Of a stretch of 32,000 nt of DNA, positions 24,406-31,117 are shown piece after piece (position 1 is the stretch's first letter; each line of letters opens with the position of its first letter). A program made the translations under genes and the position numbers. The stretch spans positions 1,860,001 through 1,892,000 of the forward strand of contig NC_007493.2 of the NCBI RefSeq assembly GCF_000012905.2, read 5' to 3'. The DNA is from Cereibacter sphaeroides 2.4.1. Its GTDB lineage: Bacteria; Pseudomonadota; Alphaproteobacteria; Rhodobacterales; Rhodobacteraceae. Below the pieces are notes generated by a model. That model did not search any database. It was not told the origin of the DNA and was given only the letters and a program-made list of their open reading frames with translations.

Positions 24406-27090
24406 TCAGGCGGCGCGCTGGAGCCGCAGAGGCAGGGTCACGCGGAAGGCAGCGCCCCCCTGTCCCGGCAGGTAGGTGATGGTGCCGCCGAGGTTGGCCA
24501 TCACCTCGCGGCAGATCGCGAGGCCGAGGCCCGCCCCGCCGGCCCGGGTCTGGTCCGAAAGCCGGGCGAACTTCTCGAAGATCAGCTCCTGGCTCTCCTT
24601 CGAGATCCCGGAACCGTTGTCGATGAAATCGACCGTCACGCGCCCGCCCTTCTGGCGCACCGAGATCCGCAGTTCGGGATAGTCCGCGTCGCAGTATTTG
24701 CGCGCGTTCGAGATCAGATTGATGAAGACCTGCGCCAGCCGGTCGCCGTCGGTGAACAGGAAGATGTTCTCGGCCGCCGGATCGCGATGGATGGTGAAGC
24801 CGCGCTCGGGGCGGGTTTGGGCCGCCGAGCTCAGGGCGCGGTCGATCATCTGCTGGAGATTGGCGAGCCCGAGGTCGAGCTGCACCGATCCGTTCTCGAG
24901 CACGGAGAGGTCGAGCAGGTCGTCGAGCAGCCGGGTGAGCCGGATGGCCTCGTCATGGATGATGCGGGCGTGGCGCGCGGCCATCTCGGGCGGCAGATCG
25001 CCGTCCATCAGGATCTCGGAGAAGGCGCGGATCGAGGTCATGGGGGTGCGCAGCTCGTGGCTGATCTGGCTGAGGAAGGCGTCCTTCTGCACCGACAGCT
25101 GCGTGAGCTTCTCGTTGGCCTCGCGCAGCTGGCGCGCGGTGCGGGTCAGCTCGTCCTGCTGGGCCTCGAGCCGCGCGGAATATTCCATGATCTGTGCGGT
25201 CTCGTTCGCCACCGCCATCAGATCCTCGACCGAGACCGCGGCGCGCCCGGCCAGCTGGGCCAGCATCGCGTGGGCCGTGGCCGCGCCGACCGAGCCCGCA
25301 AGCCGCCGCTCGAGCCGCTCGACGAAGCCGGGGACCGGATCGGGCAGATAGCCCTCCTTTCCCTGCGCGCGCGCCTCGGACTGGAAGAGCGCCAGCGCCG
25401 GCTCCTCGCCGAGGATGCGCTGCGCCATCACCAGCAGCTCCTCGGATTCCGCCTTGCCCTGCGCCCATCCCTGCGGGCCGCGGTTGCCGGTCTCGAACAC
25501 ATTGACGAAGGCCGCGCCCTGCAACCGCTCGAGCGGGCCCGGGAAGGTCACGAGCGAGGCGCCGCAGAAGACGGTGCCGTTCAGGATGAGCGACCAGAAC
25601 AACGAATGGATCAGCGGATCCATCCCCTCGACCCCGAACAGCGCCTGCGGACGGAGCCAGCCGATCCCGAACGGTCCCTCGGCGAGAAGGCGGGCCGAGA
25701 AGATCGCATCCGGGCCGAAGGAGGGCAGGAACAGCGTATAGACCCAGACCGCGAAACCGAGGCTGAGGCCCCAGAGCGTGCCCGTCCGGGTGGCGCCGCG
25801 CCAGAAGATGCCGCCCAACATCGCAGGCAGGATCTGCGCCACGCCCACGAAGGAGATGAGGCCGATCGCGGCCAGCGCGCTCGAGCCGCCCGAGAAGCGG
25901 TAATAGCCGTAGCCCAGCGCCAGAACGCCCGCGATGGAGATCCGCCGGGAGAGCAGCACGAGGCGGCGCACGTCGCCGCTGACGGCCGGCATCGGGCGCA
26001 GCGACAGCCAAAGCGGCATGACGATATGGTTCGACACCATCGTGGCCAGCGCCACCGCGGCCACGATCACCATCGCCGTGGCCGAGGAGAAGCCGCCGAG
26101 GAAGGCCAGCATGGCCAGCCCACCCTGCCCGCGGTCGAGCGGCACGGTCAGGACGAACAGGTCCGGATTGGCGCCCTCGGGCAGAAGCTCGAGGCCCACG
26201 ACCGCGATCGGCACCACGAAGAGGCTCATCAGGAACATGTAGAGCGGGAAGGCCCAGCTCGCCGTGGCGAGGTGGCGCTCGTCCCCGTTCTCGACCACCA
26301 GCACCTGGAACATCCGCGGCAGGCAGACCACCGCTGCGGCCGACAGGAAGGTGAGGCCCGCCCAGCGCGAGGGCGCGAGTTCCCAGTCGGCGATGGCCGA
26401 GCGGTCGATACGGGCGATCACGTCGGCGGGCCCGTCGGCCACCCCCCAGACGACGTAACTGCCCACCGCCACCAGCGCCACCAGCTTCACGATTCCCTCG
26501 ACGGCAATGGCGGTGACGATGCCCGTATGCTGCTCGTTGGCATCGAGCTTCCGCGTGCCGAAGAGGATGGTGAAGAGCGCAAGCCCCCCCGCGACCCAGA
26601 TCGCGGTGCTGTCACGGTCGGGCATCTGCCAGCCCTCGTGCGAGCCGCTGGCGAAGACGCTGAAGCTCAGCGTGACGGACTGGAGCTGGAGCGCGATATA
26701 GGGTGTGGCGGCCACCACGCAGAGCAGCGTGACGAGCACGCCGAGCAGGTTCGATTTGCCGTAGCGCGAGGAGATCAGGTCGGCGATCGAGGTCACGCGC
26801 TGCTGCCGCCCGATCCGCACCAGCTTGCGCAGCACCCACCACCAGCCGACGAAGACGAGCGTCGGCCCGAGATAGATCGTGAGATATTCGAGCCCCGAGC
26901 GCGCCGCATATCCCACCGCGCCGTAGAAGGTCCAGGCGGTGCAGTAGATCGAGAGCGAGAGCGTATAGACGAGCGGCGACCGCAGCCAGGGCAGCGCCTC
27001 GCCCACCGCCCGGCGCTCGACGAGGAAGGCCACGAGGAAGAGCAGGATGACGTAGCAGAGGCAGGAGAGAACGAGGAGATCGAACGGCAT
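24406..27090 (-). CDS. Sensor histidine kinase fused to an N-terminal sodium:solute-symporter (SSF)-type polytopic domain
   Basis: 894 aa from MPFDLLVLSCLCY. The tracked 119-aa N-extension is Arg/Gly/Pro-rich and overlaps the upstream gene. About 500 aa of SSF-like TMs (SIYCTAWTFYGAVG, SIADLISSRYGKS...), a linker, then H-box FLSQISHELRTPMTSIRAF, N-box LISNARKY, G1 DNGSGI, G2 GAGLGLAI. No receiver domain. The start overlaps the upstream stop (TGATG, 27088-27092). Confidence 0.88.
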   Translation of the reverse strand: MPFDLLVLSCLCYVILLFLVAFLVERRAVGEALPWLRSPLVYTLSLSIYCTAWTFYGAVGYAARSGLEYLTIYLGPTLVFVGWWWVLRKLVRIGRQQRVTSIADLISSRYGKSNLLGVLVTLLCVVAATPYIALQLQSVTLSFSVFASGSHEGWQMPDRDSTAIWVAGGLALFTILFGTRKLDANEQHTGIVTAIAVEGIVKLVALVAVGSYVVWGVADGPADVIARIDRSAIADWELAPSRWAGLTFLSAAAVVCLPRMFQVLVVENGDERHLATASWAFPLYMFLMSLFVVPIAVVGLELLPEGANPDLFVLTVPLDRGQGGLAMLAFLGGFSSATAMVIVAAVALATMVSNHIVMPLWLSLRPMPAVSGDVRRLVLLSRRISIAGVLALGYGYYRFSGGSSALAAIGLISFVGVAQILPAMLGGIFWRGATRTGTLWGLSLGFAVWVYTLFLPSFGPDAIFSARLLAEGPFGIGWLRPQALFGVEGMDPLIHSLFWSLILNGTVFCGASLVTFPGPLERLQGAAFVNVFETGNRGPQGWAQGKAESEELLVMAQRILGEEPALALFQSEARAQGKEGYLPDPVPGFVERLERRLAGSVGAATAHAMLAQLAGRAAVSVEDLMAVANETAQIMEYSARLEAQQDELTRTARQLREANEKLTQLSVQKDAFLSQISHELRTPMTSIRAFSEILMDGDLPPEMAARHARIIHDEAIRLTRLLDDLLDLSVLENGSVQLDLGLANLQQMIDRALSSAAQTRPERGFTIHRDPAAENIFLFTDGDRLAQVFINLISNARKYCDADYPELRISVRQKGGRVTVDFIDNGSGISKESQELIFEKFARLSDQTRAGGAGLGLAICREVMANLGGTITYLPGQGGAAFRVTLPLRLQRAA

Positions 27091-27380
27091 CAGCCCGCCC
27101 CGCCCTCCGGCGGATCGCCCGCCTCGGCCCCATCCTCCAGCGCCTCGGCCTTGAGGCCCCGGGACATGCCGGCGGCCACGAGGATCAGGACCGCCCAGAC
27201 CGCGAAGAGATAGACCCCGTCGGGGGCGGTGTCGCGCTGGTCCGTCGCGGCCGGCTCCCACAGGATCGGCAAAAGGAAGAGGAACGCGCCGAAGACCGGC
27301 AGGAGCCGGGCCGCATCGCGGAGCCGCCGCCTCCGGTAGGATCGCCGCGCGAGAAAGAGCGGCGAGCGACGCCGGCTCAT
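27090..27380 (-). CDS. Small 2-TM membrane protein (96 aa), translationally coupled to both the receiver gene and the kinase gene
   Basis: MSRRRSPLFLARRSYRRRRL... with TMs LLPVFGAFLFLLPILW and VYLFAVWAVLILVAAGM, and an acidic tail EALEDGAEAGDPPEGGAG. ATGA overlap with the receiver stop (27377-27380) and TGATG overlap with the kinase start. No family recognised. Confidence 0.6.
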   Translation of the reverse strand: MSRRRSPLFLARRSYRRRRLRDAARLLPVFGAFLFLLPILWEPAATDQRDTAPDGVYLFAVWAVLILVAAGMSRGLKAEALEDGAEAGDPPEGGAG

Positions 27381-27745
27381 CGCGGCACCAGCGCCCGGAC
27401 CGAGGCCAGCATCTCGGCATTCGAGAAGGGCTTCGACATGAAGGCATCCACGCCGGCCTTCTTGGCCGCCGCGCGGTCGCGCACCTGCCCCTTGGCGCTC
27501 AGCATCAGCACCGGCAGATCCTCGGTCTGGGGATCGGCACGGAGCGCCGAGAGGATGTCGAAGCCGCTCATGCCGGGCAGCATCACATCGAGGATCAGAA
27601 GGTCCGGCTGTGCCGTGCGCACCACCTCGATCGCATCCGCTCCGCCCGCATGGGTCGAGACCTTCAGCCCATCGCGCATGAGGATGAAGCGGATCGCCTC
27701 GGCGATGTTCGGCTCGTCCTCGATCAGCAGCACATGCGCCGTCAT
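27377..27745 (-). CDS. Single-domain CheY-like response regulator (no output domain)
   Basis: 122 aa from MTAHVLLIEDEP (GGGGGGA upstream). DLLILDVMLPGMSG (phospho-Asp context), LMLSAKG, FMSKPF. The tracked start at 27823 falls inside the predicted -35 box. Confidence 0.88.
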   Translation of the reverse strand: MTAHVLLIEDEPNIAEAIRFILMRDGLKVSTHAGGADAIEVVRTAQPDLLILDVMLPGMSGFDILSALRADPQTEDLPVLMLSAKGQVRDRAAAKKAGVDAFMSKPFSNAEMLASVRALVPR

Positions 27746-27794
27746 GAACCATCCCCCCCGAAACCTGCACCGGGGCCTCCCCGCCCCGTCGGCA

Positions 27795-27823
27795 ACTATC
27801 AGCCGAAAATCCGGTGCTGTCAA
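27795..27823 (-). promoter_or_regulatory. Sigma70-like promoter of the receiver/miniprotein/kinase operon
   Basis: Minus strand reads TTGACA (27823-27818), a 17-nt spacer, then GATAGT (27800-27795). This predicts a 5' UTR of about 40-45 nt before ATG 27745. Confidence 0.45.
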
Positions 27824-27906
27824 AGCGCGAGGAGGGGCAGAAGGCGCCCGTCCGGGGGCGGAGCGGCCTCTCCGAAGGGATAAACACCCCCGGGGGCGCC
27901 GGGGCG

Positions 27907-29193
27907 TCAGGAGCCCTCGAGCAGGATCGAAGGCTCGCGCCGGGCGGGGCAGCCTGCCCGCGGGCAGATCCGGCAGGAGGTGCCGACCGCGCGCGGCACG
28001 AGCGCCGGATCGGGCACGGCGGGCTCGATCAGCATCCCCGCCTCGCGCAGTTCCGGTCCCGCGAAGCCCTGCGGATGGTGCGGCTCGCAGAAGGCGCGGG
28101 CGCGGAAGCGGCGACGGGTGCGGGCGGCGGGCTCGACCACCGCCTCGACGGGGCGCATCGGGTGGGCCAGCGCCTCGAAGAGCGGCCAGAGCGGACAGGC
28201 CGCCCCGAAGCGCGGCAGCAGGAACCCCTCGGGCGGCTTGCGGAAGACGAGGGTGCCCGAGCCGTCGCAGATCACGAGGCCCGCGATGGCGCCGGGCAGC
28301 GTGGCGATCCGCCGGAAGGCCGCGAGCACCCCCACGCCGAAGCGCCGCGCGACCAGCACCGGATCGCCCTCGGCGCGGAGCGCGGCGCGGAACGGATCGA
28401 GCGGCATGGCCCGCGCATCCGCCTCGGCCCGCAGCACCCAGTCGCGCGCCATCGCCCGTCCGGCGGCCGAGGCCAGCCCCTCGATCTCGGCCTCGAGCCG
28501 CGCCCGCCCGCCCGGCTCCTCCAGCTCGGCCAGATGCCAGTCGCGCGCGGCAAGCCAGCCTTCCACCTCCTCCTGCGGGGCCACGACCCCCTGCTCCTCG
28601 TCTTCCGAGGCGGCATCGAGATAGGCCACCAGCGCCTCGGCGCCCACGGCCAGCCGCTCGCTGTCGGCATGGATGTTGGCGTGAAAGCGCGCGCGCCAGT
28701 CGGGCTCGATGTCCTCGGTCTCGGCGAGGATCGCCGCGGTGGAGCGCACGGCGCTCACCGCCGAGAGAACTTCGTGCAGCGCCTGGCTCAGGTGGGTGTC
28801 ATGGGTCAGCCGGTCGTTGAGCGCGTTGACAGTCCGCTCGAGCAGCCCCATCCGGCGGTGCTGCGCAGCCAGCATCCGCGCCCAGCCCGGAAAGCGGCCC
28901 ACGAAATCCTCGACCCGGTCGAGCTCGGGCTGATCGTCGCCCGCCGAGGCGGCGGCGGCGCGCAGATCCTCGACCAGCACGCCCTCGGCCCCGGCCAAGA
29001 GCGTCTGCGCCTCGACCTTCAGGGCCCGGGCGAGCCGCGCCAGAACCTCGTCGCCGATCCGGCGACGGTTGTGCTCGATCAGGTTGAGATAGGAGGCCGA
29101 GATCCCCGCCGCCCGCGCCAGATCGGCCTGCCTCAGCCCGAGCTGCAAGCGCCGTTCGCGCACCCGGCTGCCCGTCAGCGCCGTCATCGGCAT
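27907..29193 (-). CDS. XRE-family HTH transcriptional regulator with a long C-terminal DUF2083-like (ScfR/PrpR/RamB-type) domain
   Basis: 428 aa. The N-terminus LTGSRVRERRLQLGLRQADLARAAGISASYLNLIEHNRR is a classic HTH_3. The C-terminus is Cys-rich (ACPLWP, FCEPHH, TSCRICPRAGCP). GGAGGAG lies 6 nt before the ATG. Confidence 0.8.
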   Translation of the reverse strand: MPMTALTGSRVRERRLQLGLRQADLARAAGISASYLNLIEHNRRRIGDEVLARLARALKVEAQTLLAGAEGVLVEDLRAAAASAGDDQPELDRVEDFVGRFPGWARMLAAQHRRMGLLERTVNALNDRLTHDTHLSQALHEVLSAVSAVRSTAAILAETEDIEPDWRARFHANIHADSERLAVGAEALVAYLDAASEDEEQGVVAPQEEVEGWLAARDWHLAELEEPGGRARLEAEIEGLASAAGRAMARDWVLRAEADARAMPLDPFRAALRAEGDPVLVARRFGVGVLAAFRRIATLPGAIAGLVICDGSGTLVFRKPPEGFLLPRFGAACPLWPLFEALAHPMRPVEAVVEPAARTRRRFRARAFCEPHHPQGFAGPELREAGMLIEPAVPDPALVPRAVGTSCRICPRAGCPARREPSILLEGS

Positions 29194-29214
29194 GGTCCGC
29201 TCCTCCGCAGTTTA

Positions 29215-29227
29215 CAGGATCATCCTG
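29215..29227. promoter_or_regulatory. 13-bp palindrome CAGGATCATCCTG just upstream of the XRE regulator gene
   Basis: Perfect 6-bp arms around a central C, 22 nt upstream of ATG 29193. It is a candidate autoregulatory operator. Confidence 0.3.
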
Positions 29228-29297
29228 CAAGTTCCGGGGGAAGGACAGCGCTTTTCAGCGGGTCCGCGCCCACCGGTCAAGCGAAGGGCGCGAGAGA

Positions 29298-29321
29298 GGA
29301 CCGGGCCGAAAGGCCCGGCCC
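29298..29321 (-). terminator. Stem-loop after the FAH-family gene
   Basis: CCGGGCC-GAAA-GGCCCGG (7 bp, plus 2 further pairs after one mismatch), starting 9 nt after the stop at 29330. The minus-strand tail TCTCTCGCG is only weakly U-rich. Confidence 0.35.
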
Positions 29322-29329
29322 CGAGCCTG

Positions 29330-30175
29330 TCAGGCGTCGGCCACGACCTCCTGGCGCTGCTGGCCCAGCCCCTCGACGCCGAGTTCGACCACATCGCCCG
29401 GCTTCAGGAAGCGCGGCGGCTTCATGCCGAGCCCCACGCCCGGAGGCGTGCCGGTCGAGATCACATCGCCCGGATGGAGCGTCATGAACTGCGACAGGTA
29501 GCTGACCAGATAGGCCACGCCATAGACCATCGTTCCGGTCGTGCCGTTCTGCATCTTCTCGCCGTTGACCGACAGCCACAGCGGCAGGTTCTGCGGGTCC
29601 GCCACCTCGTCGCGCGTCACGAGCCAGGGGCCGAGCTGGCCGAAGTTGTCGCAGCTCTTGCCCTTCGTCCACTGGCCCGACCGCTCGGACTGGAAGGCCC
29701 GCTCGGAGACGTCGTTGGCCACCGCATAGCCCGCCACATGGTCGAGCGCCTCGGCCTCGGAGACATATTTCGCCTTCTTGCCGATGATGATGGCCAGTTC
29801 CACCTCCCAGTCGGTCTTGACCGAGCCGCGGGGGATGATGATCGGGTCGTTCGGGCCGCAGATCGCAGAGTTGGCCTTCATGAAGATGATCGGCTCGGGC
29901 GGGACCTGCGCGCCGGTCTCGGCGGCGTGGTCCGAATAGTTCAGGCCGATGCAGACGAATTTGGTCGTGCCCGCGACGCAGGGCCCGAGCCGCGTGCCCT
30001 CGGCCACGACCGGCAGGCTCGCCCCGTCGATGTCGCGGAGCCTGGCCAGCCCCTCGTCCGTCAGCACTTCGCCCGCGATGTCCGGCACCACGCCCGACAG
30101 GTCGCGGAGGGTGCCGTCGGTCCAGACGAGGCCCGGTCGTTCGGCCCCGGCGGGCCCATGGCGCAGCAGTTTCAT
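29330..30175 (-). CDS. Fumarylacetoacetate-hydrolase (FAH) family hydrolase, 2,4-diketo-3-deoxy-L-fuconate hydrolase-like
   Basis: 281 aa. KFVCIGLNYSDHA, DWEVELAIIIGKK, GDVISTGTPPGVG are typical FAHD1/YcgM-type motifs. It is paired with a BDH2-type SDR, as in non-phosphorylative deoxy-sugar pathways. Confidence 0.85.
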   Translation of the reverse strand: MKLLRHGPAGAERPGLVWTDGTLRDLSGVVPDIAGEVLTDEGLARLRDIDGASLPVVAEGTRLGPCVAGTTKFVCIGLNYSDHAAETGAQVPPEPIIFMKANSAICGPNDPIIIPRGSVKTDWEVELAIIIGKKAKYVSEAEALDHVAGYAVANDVSERAFQSERSGQWTKGKSCDNFGQLGPWLVTRDEVADPQNLPLWLSVNGEKMQNGTTGTMVYGVAYLVSYLSQFMTLHPGDVISTGTPPGVGLGMKPPRFLKPGDVVELGVEGLGQQRQEVVADA

Positions 30176-30184
30176 GGCGTCTCC

Positions 30185-30925
30185 TCAGATATTGGACCAG
30201 CCCCCGTCGATGACATGGGCGACCCCGGTGGTGTAGGCGGATTCGTCCGAAGCGAGATAGACGACAAGCGCCGCGATCTCCTCCGGGCGGCCGATGCGGC
30301 CGATGGGCTGGCGGGCCACGAAGGCGCGCCGCGCGGCCTCGTAATCGCCGGTGGCGCGGAGCCGGTCCTCGAGCGAGGGGCTTTCGACGGTGCCGGGGCA
30401 GATCGCGTTGCAGCGGATGCCCTGCCCGATGAAATCGGCGGCGATGGATTTGGTGAGCCCCACGACCCCCGCCTTGGTGGTGCCGTAGACGAAGCGGTTG
30501 GGCGCCGCGATGGCCGCGGACACGACCGAGGCCATGTTGATGATCGACCCGCCGCCGCCCGCGATCATGCCCGGCAGGAAGGCGCGGCACATCCGATACA
30601 TGCCGGTGAGGTTCAGCCCGACGGAGAAGGCCCAGTCCTCCTCGTCGCAGTCGAGGATCGTGCCCGAGGCCACGAAGCCCGCGCAGTTGAAGAGCACGTC
30701 GAGCGGCCCTGCCGCCGCGACAGCGGCCGCGATCGAGGCCGGATCGCGCACATCGAGCGGCTGCACCTCGAGCCCTTCGGCCGCAAGCCCTTCGAGCGCT
30801 GCCGCATTCAGGTCGGTCGCCAGCACACGCGCGCCCTCGCGCGCCATGGCCAGCGCAGAGGCGCGCCCGATCCCCTGCCCTGCCGCCGTCACCAGCGCGC
30901 GCTTGCCCTCCAGCCGACCGGCCAT
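30185..30925 (-). CDS. Short-chain dehydrogenase/reductase (BDH2 / 2-keto-3-deoxy-L-fuconate dehydrogenase-like)
   Basis: 246 aa from MAGRLEGKRALVTAAGQGIG (GGGGAGGAGAGG upstream). NCAG, the YGTTKAG catalytic Y/K, and ICPGTV. Confidence 0.85.
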   Translation of the reverse strand: MAGRLEGKRALVTAAGQGIGRASALAMAREGARVLATDLNAAALEGLAAEGLEVQPLDVRDPASIAAAVAAAGPLDVLFNCAGFVASGTILDCDEEDWAFSVGLNLTGMYRMCRAFLPGMIAGGGGSIINMASVVSAAIAAPNRFVYGTTKAGVVGLTKSIAADFIGQGIRCNAICPGTVESPSLEDRLRATGDYEAARRAFVARQPIGRIGRPEEIAALVVYLASDESAYTTGVAHVIDGGWSNI

Positions 30926-31117
30926 GGCCCTCTCCTCCCCCAGCTCGCGGCCTACCAAAGATCAATATCGGATAGAGAACAAGCCCCGGCCGCGGAAATT
31001 ATCAATAATCCGCCCGCCGAGGGCCGGCGGCACCCGCAAAGGCTGGCCGCAGGCTCTCTGATATGCCAGCCTTGGGCCGCGGCCTCGGGCAGGCCGCCGC
31101 GGATGAAAGGAGACAGG

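Noticed and set aside
24340-27213. 957-aa plus-strand ORF
   Set aside because: It lies antisense to the SSF-histidine kinase gene. It has low-complexity Arg/Gly/Asp/Glu-rich composition, no domain signatures and no SD.
27091-27447. 119-aa N-terminal extension of the kinase ORF, plus analogous extensions at 9207..9827, 12904..13005, 2651..2758 and 27746..27823
   Set aside because: These extensions are low-complexity, overlap the upstream genes, and in one case run into a predicted -35 box. Internal Mets with SDs or stop/start overlaps give proteins that begin at conserved domain boundaries.
27438-29487. Plus-strand ORFs 27438..28820 (460 aa) and 27814..29487 (557 aa)
   Set aside because: They lie antisense to the receiver and XRE-regulator genes. 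They are extremely Arg/Pro/Ala-rich.
29277-30965. 562-aa minus-strand ORF spanning both the FAH and SDR genes
   Set aside because: It is an out-of-frame read-through of two well-supported genes, with an Arg/Gly-rich product.
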